DNA of 64,000 nt from Candidatus Thioglobus sp. (GCA_028352435.1 JAOMMB010000002.1:8539-72538), one strand, 5' to 3'. Shown: positions 1-12,394, counted from the stretch's first letter. Notes: generated from the sequence alone by a model not told the origin. Program-made: numbers and translations.

Positions 1-1
1 T

Positions 2-289
2 AGCAGAAATAGATAAAGACCTTGCGCCAATAAAAATTACCACGGCACTCGTCAATGAAACAATAAAAAAGATTTGATCTTTAATCCAAAACACGTCAAT
101 ATCTAACAACATATCCCTTAAAGATCCACCGCCCAGTCCAGTAGTAATGGCGATAATCACCACTCCGAATAAATCGAACTGCCTAAAGCCAGATTTCAAA
201 ACGCCCGATGCCGATGACACCACAACTGCAACGAGTGAAACCCAATATAAACTACTAGAAAACTCTTGTGTAATTTCTAAATTTATCAT
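2..289 (-). CDS. TRIC/UPF0126-family membrane protein, 3' part outside window
   Basis: Hand translation from ATG at 289: MINLEITQEFSSSLYWVSLVAVVVSSASGVLKSGFRQFDLFGVVIIAITTGLGGGSLRDMLLDIDVFWI; the D-x-FG...GGG-x-x-RD motif is typical of UPF0126. Confidence 0.85.
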   Translation of the reverse strand, partial: MINLEITQEFSSSLYWVSLVAVVVSSASGVLKSGFRQFDLFGVVIIAITTGLGGGSLRDMLLDIDVFWIKDQIFFIVSLTSAVVIFIGARSLSISA

Positions 290-585
290 TAACCGCCTTT
301 TTAAATGTACTTTATTTACGCCAACCCTTGTAAAGACGGATTGTAACGCAATTATTAAGAGTTATAAACCATTTTGAATATTTATGGAATTTTGGTGTTG
401 TTGGCACAAAAAAGGGCTATGCCGATGATATTCGATCGTTTTTAGCCGTTAAAACGCTGTTTTTAACGCATTTATTGGCAATTTAAGCCCTGAAAAAAGA
501 CTCATTTGCATTATTTACTAAATTTTTAACAGGTAAGATGAATAATTGTACTGATAGTAAACTTTAACAAACTTAAGGAGTGGGA

Positions 586-861
586 ATGAATTTTAAAAGC
601 ATGACCAAGCAACAACTAAAAGATTATGGCCAAACAATTGACGTTCAGCTTAATCTTAAAAACAAGAAAGACGAACTAATAACGCAACTTAACGAAGCAG
701 TCGAGCAAAAGGCTGAACTGAACTCTACGCCTGTACCAACAGAACAGGCACCCCCTTCTCCTTTAACCGCATCTGTCACACCTTCTCAAGGCGAGTTTGA
801 TATTAAAAAGTACGCCTTACCAATTGTTGTTGTTATGATATTATTAATTTGGCTGTATTAA
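586..861 (+). CDS. Small protein: N-terminal Rho-N/HeH-like helical domain, P/T-rich linker, C-terminal TM anchor
   Basis: TAAGGAG SD before ATG at 586; MTKQQLKDYG..LNLKNKKDELITQL pattern; hydrophobic tail YALPIVVVMILLIWLY. Confidence 0.7.
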   Translation: MNFKSMTKQQLKDYGQTIDVQLNLKNKKDELITQLNEAVEQKAELNSTPVPTEQAPPSPLTASVTPSQGEFDIKKYALPIVVVMILLIWLY

Positions 862-903
862 ATACCCCCAATTAACTAATGCTAAAAACTATAGAAAAAG
901 CAT

Positions 904-1029
904 TAAACGGTGGAAATTTTTGCCAAATTTGAGGCGTAAGGAATTTGAAAAGGCAGGGGCTTACTGCAGTAAGTGACTGTTTTTGAGAATTACGACAACA
1001 AGGCCTTTGGTAAAAAGTACCCTGATTTA
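904..1029. repeat. ERIC/IRU-like imperfect palindromic element (~126 bp)
   Basis: Core CAGGGGCTTAC-TGCA-GTAAGTGACTG (954-979) resembles the ERIC core; outer arms TTTTTGCCAAA (917-927) / TTTGGTAAAAA (1006-1016). Confidence 0.6.
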
Positions 1030-1266
1030 GTCGAAAAAGCCATCCATATGAAGCTCTGTTAAATCGCTAAAACCGCCAATATGTTTGCCATCAATGATGA
1101 GTTGTGGAACCATTCTGGCACCGTTAGTCACTTTTGAAAATTCCACCATATTTGCTCGATCTTCGTCAATCATTTTTTGTTCAAATGGTAAATTCCACTT
1201 GGTTAATAGCTCTTTGGTTTTTACGCAAATGGGGCACGTGTTGGTTGAGTAAACGACAATTTTCAT
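1027..1266 (-). CDS. Glutaredoxin (GrxC-like)
   Basis: CPIC active site, VPQ and GG motifs, 79 aa. Confidence 0.9.
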   Translation of the reverse strand: MKIVVYSTNTCPICVKTKELLTKWNLPFEQKMIDEDRANMVEFSKVTNGARMVPQLIIDGKHIGGFSDLTELHMDGFFD

Positions 1267-1268
1267 CT

Positions 1269-2342
1269 TTATCCTTGAAGTGCTTCAACCACTAAATCAC
1301 CCATCTTACTGGTACCAACAACGCTATCGCCTTTTGCTGCGATATCTTGAGTACGGTAGCCTTGATCCAGAACCGTATTAACCGCTGAATCAATTTTGTT
1401 GGCCAGTGATACTTGGTCAAGCGAATAGCGCAACATCATAGATACTGACAAGATCGTAGCCAAAGGATTGGCGATATCTTGGCCAGCAATATCTGGTGCA
1501 GAGCCATGAATTGGCTCATACATACCGAAACCATCTTTGTTTAAAGAGGCACTTGGTAGCATACCAATTGAGCCAGTCAGCATCGCAGCACAATCAGACA
1601 ATACATCGCCAAATAGATTAGAAGTGACCATGACATCAAATTGCTTAGGCGCTCTAACCAATTGCATGGCTGCATTGTCCACATACATATGAGAAAGCTC
1701 AACATCTGGATAATCTTTAGCCACATCAATCATAACATCACGCCATAATTCGCACACTTCTAACACATTGGCTTTATCGACCGAACATACACGTTTGTCG
1801 CGTTTTTGTGCAATTTTAAAAGCTGAATGTCCAATACGTTTAATTTCAGACTCAGAATAAGTGGCACTATTAAATCCATAGCGTTCACCATTGCGAATTT
1901 CGATACCGCGAGGCTGGCCAAAATAAATACCTGACACTAATTCACGTACAATCATCAAATCCAAGCCGGAAACAACCTCTTCTTTAAGTGTTGAAGCGCT
2001 AGCTAGTTGTGGATACAAAATAGCCGGACGAAGGTTTGAAAATAAATCCATCTCAGCACGTAGGCCAAGTAACCCACGTTCAGGACGAAGGTCGCGCTCT
2101 AACGCTTCCCACTGATAGCCACCCACAGCACCAAGCAAAATAGAATCACACTCTTTGGCCGCATCAAGCGTTGCCTGAGGCAATGGCGAGCCAGTTTCAT
2201 CATAAGCAGTGCCGCCAATTAGGCCGTGCACCAGCTCCATATTCAAGCTATCATTTTTGTTTAAATACTCAATTACCTTTAAGGCTTGAGCAACAATCTC
2301 TTGACCAATGCCATCACCTGGCAATACTAATACTTTAGACAT
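1269..2342 (-). CDS. leuB: 3-isopropylmalate dehydrogenase
   Basis: [38 protein letters not shown] motifs. Confidence 0.97.
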   Translation of the reverse strand: MSKVLVLPGDGIGQEIVAQALKVIEYLNKNDSLNMELVHGLIGGTAYDETGSPLPQATLDAAKECDSILLGAVGGYQWEALERDLRPERGLLGLRAEMDLFSNLRPAILYPQLASASTLKEEVVSGLDLMIVRELVSGIYFGQPRGIEIRNGERYGFNSATYSESEIKRIGHSAFKIAQKRDKRVCSVDKANVLEVCELWRDVMIDVAKDYPDVELSHMYVDNAAMQLVRAPKQFDVMVTSNLFGDVLSDCAAMLTGSIGMLPSASLNKDGFGMYEPIHGSAPDIAGQDIANPLATILSVSMMLRYSLDQVSLANKIDSAVNTVLDQGYRTQDIAAKGDSVVGTSKMGDLVVEALQG

Positions 2343-2381
2343 CTAGTTTCCTGTGGATAAATTTCTAAAAAGTCTATTTTA

Positions 2382-2546
2382 CTAGATTTCTTCCATTTCA
2401 AATTGATCCTTGGTCACGCCGCAATCTGGACATATCCAATCTTGGGGGACATCGTCCCACTTTGTGCCTGGCTTAATACCATCTTTAGGAGCGCCTAACG
2501 CCTCATCATAAATCCAGCCGCACACCATACATTTTAATTTTTTCAT
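2382..2546 (-). CDS. Rubredoxin (54 aa, absent from ORF track)
   Basis: Hand translation MKKLKCMVCGWIYDEALGAPKDGIKPGTKWDDVPQDWICPDCGVTKDQFEMEEI, two CxxCG; AAGGA SD. Confidence 0.95.
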   Translation of the reverse strand: MKKLKCMVCGWIYDEALGAPKDGIKPGTKWDDVPQDWICPDCGVTKDQFEMEEI

Positions 2547-2572
2547 GTTTATTTCCTTGTTGTTAAATACGT

Positions 2573-2599
2573 AAAAAAAGGGAGCTATTTACTCCCTTT
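2573..2599 (-). terminator. Intrinsic terminator after peroxiredoxin
   Basis: AAAGGGAG/CTCCCTTT stem followed by a T-run on the minus strand. Confidence 0.7.
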
Positions 2600-2617
2600 G
2601 ATCAAACTGATTAAATA

Positions 2618-3217
2618 CTATAGATTATCAGCATTTTTTGATAAATATTCAGCCACACCTTCTGGTGTATCCTTCATACCTTCATCACCCTTATTCCAAC
2701 CTGCAGGGCATACTTCACCATGCGTTGTGTGGAAATCAAGTGCGTCAACCATGCGTAACATTTCATCAACATTACGACCTAATGGAAGGTCATTAACTAC
2801 TTGATGACGAACATTAAATTCTTCATCAATTAAAAATGAAGCACGAAGTGCGATGCCTGCCGGATGAACAATGCCGTATGCTTCCATAATAGAATGATCT
2901 GTATCAGCTACTAATGGGAAATCAATAGCACCCAAGCCACCATCTGCTGGTGCTGTGTTGCGCCAAGCATTATGTGTGAATTGTGAATCAACTGAAATAC
3001 CGACGACTTCAACGCCTTTCTCAGTAAATTGAGCCACACGATGATGATGCGCTAAAATTTCTGAAGGACAAACAAAAGTAAAATCTAATGGATAGAAAAA
3101 CACCATGATTTTTTTGCCTTTCAGGCTTGATAATTTAAAATCGTCAACGATTGTGCCATTTGCCAATACTGCTGCGGCTGTGAAATCCGGTGCTTGTTGT
3201 GTTACTAAAACGCTCAT
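2618..3217 (-). CDS. 2-Cys peroxiredoxin (AhpC/TsaA family)
   Basis: FYPLDFTFVCPSE and GEVCPAGW motifs. Confidence 0.95.
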   Translation of the reverse strand: MSVLVTQQAPDFTAAAVLANGTIVDDFKLSSLKGKKIMVFFYPLDFTFVCPSEILAHHHRVAQFTEKGVEVVGISVDSQFTHNAWRNTAPADGGLGAIDFPLVADTDHSIMEAYGIVHPAGIALRASFLIDEEFNVRHQVVNDLPLGRNVDEMLRMVDALDFHTTHGEVCPAGWNKGDEGMKDTPEGVAEYLSKNADNL

Positions 3218-3347
3218 ATTTTTCTCCAGTAAGTAATCTATAAAACCCGTTGATTATACAACGACCAACCTGTGTATATCTTATAAAAAATAAGGGTTTA
3301 GTAATGACAAGCTAAAATACCAGCAAATACTCAAGTAAAATGTCGAC

Positions 3348-4736
3348 ATGCTTAAAATCTACAACACACTCAGTAAACAAAAAGAAGTTTTTCACCCTAT
3401 TAATCCTGACAAAATAGGCATGTATGTCTGTGGCATGACTGTCTATGATTATTGTCATATGGGGCATGCTCGTGTCTTGGTCATGTTTGACGTTATTACT
3501 CGCCATCTAAGACGCAACTTTCCCAGCGTCACTTACGTGCGTAACATTACCGATATTGATGACAAAATTATCGCTCGTGCTATTGAAAATTCAGAAGATA
3601 TTTATAGTCTAACCAATCGTTTTATTGATGCTATGCATGAAGATGAGCGTGCACTTGGCATACTACCACCTGATATTGAGCCTCGTGCTACACAAGCAAT
3701 TGATCAAATGTTTTATATGATCAAAGCCTTGATAGAAAAGGGTGTAGCTTATCAAACAAAAAATGGTGACGTCTATTATTCAGTACGTAAGTTTGATGGA
3801 TACGGAAAGTTAAGTGGGAAAAATTTAGATGACTTAGAAGCTGGTGCTAGAGTTGACGTAGATTCGAATAAAAAAGATCCACTGGATTTTGTATTATGGA
3901 AAATGGCTAAACCGAGTGAGCCAAGTTGGGAGTCTCCCTGGGGTGACGGGCGTCCCGGCTGGCATATCGAATGCTCAGCAATGTCTACTCATCATCTAGG
4001 CAACCATTTTGATATTCACGGAGGTGGCATGGACTTGTCTTTTCCACATCACGAAAATGAAATCGCCCAATCTGAAGGGGCTAATGGCTGCAAATTTGTT
4101 AACACTTGGATGCATGTTGGTTTTGTCAACATTAATGATGAAAAAATGAGCAAGTCTTTGAATAATTTTTTCACTATTCGTGGCGTGCTAGAGAGTTATG
4201 ATGGTGAAAGCTTGCGCTATTTCATCATGAGCTCACATTATCGATCGCCTTTAAACTTTTCAGATGCAAATCTTGATAGCGCTAAATCTTCACTTACCCG
4301 ACTATACACCGCTATTCGAGACTTACATGCGAGTGACGCGGCTTTAGATGAAGTGTCTCAACGATTTGATTTTGAAACACGCTTTAATCAAGCATTAAAC
4401 GATGATTTTAATACGCCAATTGCTCTTAGTATTTTGTTTGAACTGGCTAAACTTATTAACTTAGAGCGTAGCAAAGATATTGATCAAGCCAAGGCGCTTG
4501 CTCAGCTTTTAATTAAATTAGGTGGCTTTATCGGTATTTTACAAATGGACGCTGATGCGTTCTTGAAACAAGGTGTGACCCTGTCTGATGAAGATATTGA
4601 TCATAAAATCAACCTTAGGAATAAGGCGAGAGATAATAAAGATTTTGCAACTTCTGACCAAATTAGAGATGAACTAACCGAACTGGGTATTGTTTTGGAG
4701 GATGCTTCAAATGGTACCGGCTGGCGCAGAAAATAA
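3348..4736 (+). CDS. cysS: Cysteinyl-tRNA synthetase
   Basis: [30 protein letters not shown]. Confidence 0.98.
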   Translation: MLKIYNTLSKQKEVFHPINPDKIGMYVCGMTVYDYCHMGHARVLVMFDVITRHLRRNFPSVTYVRNITDIDDKIIARAIENSEDIYSLTNRFIDAMHEDERALGILPPDIEPRATQAIDQMFYMIKALIEKGVAYQTKNGDVYYSVRKFDGYGKLSGKNLDDLEAGARVDVDSNKKDPLDFVLWKMAKPSEPSWESPWGDGRPGWHIECSAMSTHHLGNHFDIHGGGMDLSFPHHENEIAQSEGANGCKFVNTWMHVGFVNINDEKMSKSLNNFFTIRGVLESYDGESLRYFIMSSHYRSPLNFSDANLDSAKSSLTRLYTAIRDLHASDAALDEVSQRFDFETRFNQALNDDFNTPIALSILFELAKLINLERSKDIDQAKALAQLLIKLGGFIGILQMDADAFLKQGVTLSDEDIDHKINLRNKARDNKDFATSDQIRDELTELGIVLEDASNGTGWRRK

Positions 4737-5400
4737 AATCGATTGGGCCGCTATTGATACCATCCTGTTAGACATGGACGGTACTTTGCTTGACCTTAAT
4801 TTTGACTTACATTTTTGGATGGAATACCTACCCCTGGTTTATGCCAATAAGCACAACCTTACCCATCAACAATCTAAGGATAAGATTTATCCAATGCTGA
4901 GGGCTGAGCAGGGTAAATTACATTGGTATTGCCTAGATTATTGGCAGAAAATTTTCAAATTAGATATTGCCAAACTCAAGGAAGATGTTTCTCATCTAAT
5001 TCAAATCCACCCTTTTGTTCTAGAATTTCTAAGTCAGGCTAAACTTCACAATAAGCGCATTTATTTAGTTACAAATGCGCATCGAAAAACAGTGCAGCTT
5101 AAAATGCGAGTCACTAACTTAGAAAACTATTTTGACGATATTATCTCTTCGCATGATTATAACGTGGCAAAAGAAGAGCAAGAGTTTTGGCGACAGCTAC
5201 AAAAGGCTATTGGCTTTGATGAAAAAACAAGCATCTTCTTTGATGATTCGATTGACGTTCTTAATTCTGCCAAAGAATTTGGCATTGGCACGGTTGTTGC
5301 TATTAGTAAACCCAGTTCCAAAATTAAAACAAAGCCTATTGAGGGGTTTGTTAATATTGAAACATTTGAACAAGTGATACCTTTAAAGCATCATTCATAA
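4702..5400 (+). CDS. yrfG: HAD-family GMP/IMP nucleotidase (YrfG-like); start uncertain (4690/4702/4711)
   Basis: [14 protein letters not shown] motif I, WYCLDYW, TNAH, FFDD. Confidence 0.85.
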   Translation: MLQMVPAGAENKIDWAAIDTILLDMDGTLLDLNFDLHFWMEYLPLVYANKHNLTHQQSKDKIYPMLRAEQGKLHWYCLDYWQKIFKLDIAKLKEDVSHLIQIHPFVLEFLSQAKLHNKRIYLVTNAHRKTVQLKMRVTNLENYFDDIISSHDYNVAKEEQEFWRQLQKAIGFDEKTSIFFDDSIDVLNSAKEFGIGTVVAISKPSSKIKTKPIEGFVNIETFEQVIPLKHHS

Positions 5401-5426
5401 AAAAACCCGCTTCTAAGCGGGTTTTT
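5401..5426. terminator. Bidirectional intrinsic terminator
   Basis: AAAAACCCGCTT/AAGCGGGTTTTT between convergent genes. Confidence 0.85.
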
Positions 5427-5449
5427 AATAGATAACAATTAGCTAGTAA

Positions 5450-5854
5450 TTACTCACCACCAATAGCACCCATTAAAGCAAAACTTTTCACAAAAGGTGT
5501 CGCCATTCTTGGGTCTTTGATCATTGCACCAAAATCACCTGATTCAAACTTCAACTTGCCCATTGTAACTGCCATACCCATTGATGCCATACCTAGAGGT
5601 TTGTCTAGCCATTTCATCCAATTTTTCTTGTCAGCACGCATATCCCAATCAACACTCTCCCCACTGTAATCTCCAGCTTTAACGCATTCACCATTTTCAA
5701 CCACAAAAATACCAGTTGGCGTTCCGTCACCCTTAAAGCCACAAGCGATAGTTGAAGAGAACTTAATCTCAGCCAACTTACCTCGCACCTCTTCAGATGC
5801 ATTCCACTCATCTTTTAATTGATTCATCCACTCTTCTGAAAATAATACCGCCAT
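5450..5854 (-). CDS. SCP2 sterol-carrier-like lipid-binding protein
   Basis: Start re-called at MAVLFSEEW (AGGAGA SD); LFSEEW..W N-terminus and G-K-L-K-F-x-x-G-D pattern. Confidence 0.75.
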   Translation of the reverse strand: MAVLFSEEWMNQLKDEWNASEEVRGKLAEIKFSSTIACGFKGDGTPTGIFVVENGECVKAGDYSGESVDWDMRADKKNWMKWLDKPLGMASMGMAVTMGKLKFESGDFGAMIKDPRMATPFVKSFALMGAIGGE

Positions 5855-6048
5855 CACTAATCTCCTATTGATAGTACCAACAAAAATAAAGTAGTTTTTA
5901 GACCTTACTTTATCTATTCTCCTCAAATTTATTCACTTTCTGAATGGCAATATTATGCCTAATAACAGGTTAAAAAAAATCATATTTTGAAACAAATTAC
6001 AGCGACTTAATTTCATGTTAAAAACCAGATGGCGTATAATTTATAAGC

Positions 6049-6540
6049 ATGAATTTCCCCCTACAAATCGGTATCTTATCTGATACACATGGCTATATCC
6101 ATCCGGATATTGTCAGTCTATTTAGTCAGTGTGATATTGTTGTTCATGCGGGTGATATTATTGATGAAAAAACCTTGTCATTACTGACTCCTAAACAAAG
6201 CATGGTTGCTGTTCAAGGTAATAATGATCGGCATTTAGTTCAATTAAAAACTACTGAATCTATTGAGTTGCCAGGTGGCACACTTGTGGTTAATCATGGG
6301 CACACCTATGGTCATAAGCAGCCTTCACACAACTTGTTACGAGAGGCATATCCTAATGTCAAAATGATTGTCTATGGACATACTCATAAGCAACTCATAG
6401 AGCAAGATACAATTCCATGGATTGTCAATCCAGGTGCTGGTGGAGAAACACGCAATCATGGTAGCTCAAAATGCCTAATGCTGACAATAAAATCTGAGAA
6501 AAATTGGTGTATAAAACCTTATAATTTTAGCGAGTTATAA
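6049..6540 (+). CDS. YfcE-like metallophosphoesterase
   Basis: SDTHG, HAGD, GNND, GHTH, NPG motifs. Confidence 0.9.
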   Translation: MNFPLQIGILSDTHGYIHPDIVSLFSQCDIVVHAGDIIDEKTLSLLTPKQSMVAVQGNNDRHLVQLKTTESIELPGGTLVVNHGHTYGHKQPSHNLLREAYPNVKMIVYGHTHKQLIEQDTIPWIVNPGAGGETRNHGSSKCLMLTIKSEKNWCIKPYNFSEL

Positions 6541-6615
6541 ACAGTGGCTTTCGTAAAAAATGAAGTATTTCACCATATGCAATGTATAATTAGCGGTTTT
6601 TATAAGTAAATAGGA

Positions 6616-8533
<1,918 letters not shown>

Positions 8534-8559
8534 ACTTTCATTTTTTTCTTAAAAACTGG

Positions 8560-8593
8560 AGGCTTATGTCAATAATGGCATAAGCCTTTTTTT
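8560..8593 (+). terminator. Intrinsic terminator after adk
   Basis: AGGCTTATG/CATAAGCCT stem plus T-run. Confidence 0.75.
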
Positions 8594-8621
8594 ATAATTT
8601 ATTTAACAAAAACTTATTATT

Positions 8622-9785
8622 ATGACTATTGGACCAAGACAAATAAACGTTCCGTTTAGACCAATTCCGCTAGATGTGCCTGAAGGCATGAAGCCGAATG
8701 AATTTTTCAATTCATCTGAAAATTTAAAAGACTTGGCTCAAAACAATGGATTAATGACCAATAAAGAAGATTTATTACTCTACCGAAAGGCGCTTGGTCA
8801 TTCAAATCTATTTGACTGTTCAATTATTTACAACACTTCAAAGAGTGTTTTAAATCCTTTAGGTAGGCCTGTTAGGCGTACACAAGTTCCGGGCAATGTT
8901 AAAAATGTCTGGAACCGTATGAATCAAATCATTATTGGTTTTATGCTGGAAGAGTTTCCAGATGCTGACAAGCATTTAGTGTTAGCTGGCGAAGCTTCTT
9001 TAGACTCAACTTGGCCGATTACCTCACCCGGTGTACCAAGTATTCGTATGCTTCATAACCATTTTATTGTGTTTGATAAAGAACAGCTAAAAAATGCTGA
9101 ATTGTCTGACCCAAAAAATCCAAACTTAACTGATGGTGGTCAACATTCACTCTTTGCAAATTACATGGAGGAGGTTTATGCTGAATTTCAATCGAAACTT
9201 AATTTTGAAATTTTGAAGCCAGTTACTGGTGAGGCATCAGGTTTAGCGCTTACGGGATACCCTCAAGGCTTACCAAGCTGGGAGGTAACTGGTGGCATTG
9301 AGAGTCTTAAAAATGTTAAATTTTGGGATGAGTATGATCTAGTTTTAAAAGGCTTCCTTGATTTTTATAGAACTTTTTTTGCTCAAGTATCTTGTCGAAA
9401 TTCTACCGTACACAAAGAGGCTTACTTCCCTGAATTGATCGAAAACACACTGCTATTCAATACTTGCTTTTTATCAGCTGCAAAGAAGGTCCGTGATAAG
9501 TGTATTGATGATGCGAAATACTCATCATCAATTCGATGGCAGCCTGCGTTCAAGCAAATAATTTACCGTAATGACCAAGGCAAGCTGATTATCACCATTT
9601 CACAAAACTCGATCGGTAATGCTATTACTGAATTATTAGGTGTCGTTGTCAAGCGTGTTCCAGATGTACAAGGCTATGAAGCTGCAGAGCCGGCATTATT
9701 AGATAAGCTGCTTAAATTAAGATCTAGATTAGTAGAAGCAGATTTAGGTGAAGGTATTGAGACCAAGTATTGGAAAAAAGACTGA
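8622..9785 (+). CDS. Uncharacterised 387-aa protein with a HIT-superfamily-like motif
   Basis: Long ORF; PSIRMLHNHFIV resembles the aprataxin/DcpS-type PSxxxLHxHxx signature; function is inference. Confidence 0.6.
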   Translation: MTIGPRQINVPFRPIPLDVPEGMKPNEFFNSSENLKDLAQNNGLMTNKEDLLLYRKALGHSNLFDCSIIYNTSKSVLNPLGRPVRRTQVPGNVKNVWNRMNQIIIGFMLEEFPDADKHLVLAGEASLDSTWPITSPGVPSIRMLHNHFIVFDKEQLKNAELSDPKNPNLTDGGQHSLFANYMEEVYAEFQSKLNFEILKPVTGEASGLALTGYPQGLPSWEVTGGIESLKNVKFWDEYDLVLKGFLDFYRTFFAQVSCRNSTVHKEAYFPELIENTLLFNTCFLSAAKKVRDKCIDDAKYSSSIRWQPAFKQIIYRNDQGKLIITISQNSIGNAITELLGVVVKRVPDVQGYEAAEPALLDKLLKLRSRLVEADLGEGIETKYWKKD

Positions 9786-9810
9786 CCTAAATCAAGTTAT
9801 AAAAAAGTTA

Positions 9811-9842
9811 AAAAAATAGCCCATTTATTGGGCTATTTTTTT
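9811..9842 (+). terminator. Intrinsic terminator
   Basis: AAAAAATAGCCCA/TGGGCTATTTTTT. Confidence 0.8.
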
Positions 9843-9930
9843 GTACATTAAATGTCAACTAGTGCAATGTAAGTACAATTCTGATAAGATAAGCAACAAA
9901 AACATAAAAAACTAGAGGGGAAAGGAGATC

Positions 9931-11955
9931 ATGGATACACTTCAAATGGCTATTGCAGCCTCAATTATTGCTGTTTTATACGGCTTATTTACAATGAGCT
10001 GGATTTACAAACAATCACCAGGTAGCGACAAAATGAAAGAAATTTCAGACGCGATTGCAGAAGGTGCAACCGCTTATCTGAATCGTCAATACACTGCTAT
10101 CAGTATTGTAGGATTGGTTTTACTGATTGTTATCACTTATTTCTTAGGCATTCCAGTTGGTCTTGGCTTCTTAATTGGTGCGGTACTTTCAGGTGCAACA
10201 GGTTACATTGGCATGAATGTCTCTGTTAAATCAAATTCACGTACAGCTGAAGCTGCTAAGAATGGCGTGAACGCTGCTTTCCAAGTTGCTTTCAAAGGTG
10301 GTGCAGTGACTGGTATGTTGGTGGTTGGTTTGGCACTGTTAGGTGTTGCTGGTTATTACGCAGGCTTGGTTAGTTATGGCGTAGAGCAAAATGAAGCGTT
10401 ACATGCTCTTATTGGTCTTGCATTTGGTGGCTCATTAATCTCAATTTTTGCTAGATTGGGTGGCGGTATTTTTACTAAAGGCGCTGATGTTGGTGCTGAT
10501 ATTGTTGGTAAAGTTGAAGCTGGTATCCCAGAAGATGACCCACGCAATCCTGCAGTAATTGCTGATAACGTTGGTGACAATGTTGGTGACTGTGCAGGTA
10601 TGGCAGCTGACTTATTTGAGACTTACGCAGTAACCATCATTGCAACAATGCTGCTTGCAGGTGTTTTAGGCTTAGGCGACGAGGCAATTCTTTACCCGTT
10701 AGCATTGGGAGCAGTGTCTATCATTGCTTCAATTATCGGCACCTTCTTTGTTAAAGTATCTGATGGTGGATCAATCATGGGTGCCCTATACAAAGGCTTA
10801 ATCGTCTCTGGTGTATTGGCTGCTATTGCTTTTTACTTTGTCACGATTGACATGGGCATGGGCATGAATTTATTCTACGCTTCACTCATTGGCTTGGCTC
10901 TGACTGCGTGGATGGTTGTGGTTACTGAATACTACACTGCAACTGAACACAAACCGGTACAACACATTGCAGAAGCCTCTAAAACAGGAGATGGTACTAA
11001 CGTTATTGCAGGTATAGGCTTAAGCATGAAATCTACCACATTACCAGTATTAGCCGTTTGTGCTAGTATTTGGGGTGCTGAGGCATTAGGCGGCTTATAC
11101 GGTATCGCTATTGCGGCAACTGCTATGTTGTCTATGACTGGTGTGATTGTTGCGCTGGACGCTTATGGCCCTATTACTGATAACGCAGGTGGTATTGCTG
11201 AAATGGCCGACCTTCCTGAAGAAATTCGCAACATTACTGATCCATTAGATGCAGTAGGTAACACCACCAAAGCGGTAACTAAAGGCTATGCGATTGGTTC
11301 TGCTGGTTTGGCAGCATTGGTATTATTTGCTGACTTTACTAACGAATTAAACACTAGAGTTGGATTTGACCCTATCACCTTTGATTTATCAAACCACATG
11401 GTAATTATTGGCTTATTCTTAGGAGGTCTTGTGCCTTACTTATTTGGAGCAATGGCAATGGAAGCCGTAGGTCGCGCAGCAGGCGGCATTGTTGAAGAGG
11501 TGCGTAGACAGTTTAGAGAAATGCCAGGCATTATGGATTACACGCAAAAGCCTGACTATTCTAAAGCGGTTGATATGCTAACCAGATCAGCAATTAGAGA
11601 AATGATTATCCCTTCTATGTTGCCAATTCTATTCCCAGTAGCTGTTGGCTTGCTATTGGGTGCTGAGGCATTGGGTGGTTTATTAATTGGATCTATTGCA
11701 ACCGGTATCTTTGTTGCTATCTCAATGACTACGGGTGGTGGTGCATGGGATAACGCCAAGAAGTACATCGAAGACGGTCAACTGGGCGAAGGTCATGGAA
11801 AAGGATCAGATACACACAAAGCTGCAGTAACTGGTGATACTGTTGGTGACCCATATAAAGATACAGCAGGTCCAGCAATAAACCCATTAATAAAGATTAT
11901 AAACATTGTTGCAATCATGATTATTCCTTTATTAGGCACACCATTACTGGGATAG
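9931..11955 (+). CDS. hppA: Membrane-bound H+-translocating pyrophosphatase, K+-independent type
   Basis: [32 protein letters not shown]; GNTTKA has the Lys of K+-independent enzymes. Confidence 0.95.
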   Translation: MDTLQMAIAASIIAVLYGLFTMSWIYKQSPGSDKMKEISDAIAEGATAYLNRQYTAISIVGLVLLIVITYFLGIPVGLGFLIGAVLSGATGYIGMNVSVKSNSRTAEAAKNGVNAAFQVAFKGGAVTGMLVVGLALLGVAGYYAGLVSYGVEQNEALHALIGLAFGGSLISIFARLGGGIFTKGADVGADIVGKVEAGIPEDDPRNPAVIADNVGDNVGDCAGMAADLFETYAVTIIATMLLAGVLGLGDEAILYPLALGAVSIIASIIGTFFVKVSDGGSIMGALYKGLIVSGVLAAIAFYFVTIDMGMGMNLFYASLIGLALTAWMVVVTEYYTATEHKPVQHIAEASKTGDGTNVIAGIGLSMKSTTLPVLAVCASIWGAEALGGLYGIAIAATAMLSMTGVIVALDAYGPITDNAGGIAEMADLPEEIRNITDPLDAVGNTTKAVTKGYAIGSAGLAALVLFADFTNELNTRVGFDPITFDLSNHMVIIGLFLGGLVPYLFGAMAMEAVGRAAGGIVEEVRRQFREMPGIMDYTQKPDYSKAVDMLTRSAIREMIIPSMLPILFPVAVGLLLGAEALGGLLIGSIATGIFVAISMTTGGGAWDNAKKYIEDGQLGEGHGKGSDTHKAAVTGDTVGDPYKDTAGPAINPLIKIINIVAIMIIPLLGTPLLG

Positions 11956-11970
11956 ACTAATAAAAATATT

Positions 11971-11995
11971 AAAAAAGGAGTGCAACTGCACTCCT
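11971..11995 (-). terminator. Intrinsic terminator of the apr-downstream genes
   Basis: AGGAGTGCA/TGCACTCCT stem with minus-strand T-run. Confidence 0.75.
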
Positions 11996-12021
11996 AATCT
12001 TGTAGCTAGATAACAATAATT

Positions 12022-12393
12022 TTAAATACCGGATCCTTTATGGAGCTGGACATTTAAGCCTTTTGTATTTTTAGTTAAAACGAAGTCAGCCTGAGCTTTT
12101 AATAGCTTATCAGTACATTCGTGTAAATCAGTATACTCATCTTGACCTGTATCAAAGCGCTTGTCTGTTAAATAATAGAAGAAGCTCTTATATTTAAAAT
12201 CATCAAGCTTAATGATAATAAAAGTTGAATTTGGATCTTCCCACACAGCAGCAGGAAATAAGGTTGGCTTATCTTCGCCCTCTTTAGTAATTTCAATATC
12301 CGCTAGATGAACTTCTTTTTTTTCTTTTCTCCAGCGATTATTTAAATTATTTTGAATGGTAACTAATTCTGATTCGTTAAATTCAATACTCAT
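12022..12393 (-). CDS. Hypothetical protein (apr-associated)
   Basis: 123-aa ORF tightly coupled to the upstream FKBP gene; no recognised domain. Confidence 0.75.
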   Translation of the reverse strand: MSIEFNESELVTIQNNLNNRWRKEKKEVHLADIEITKEGEDKPTLFPAAVWEDPNSTFIIIKLDDFKYKSFFYYLTDKRFDTGQDEYTDLHECTDKLLKAQADFVLTKNTKGLNVQLHKGSGI

Positions 12394-12394
12394 A

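Noticed and set aside
147-377. + strand 76-aa ORF
   Set aside because: Antisense shadow of the TRIC-family gene on the minus strand
2352-2360. Perfect DnaA box (TGTGGATAA)
   Set aside because: Single box in a 39-nt gap with no cluster or unwinding element; not an origin
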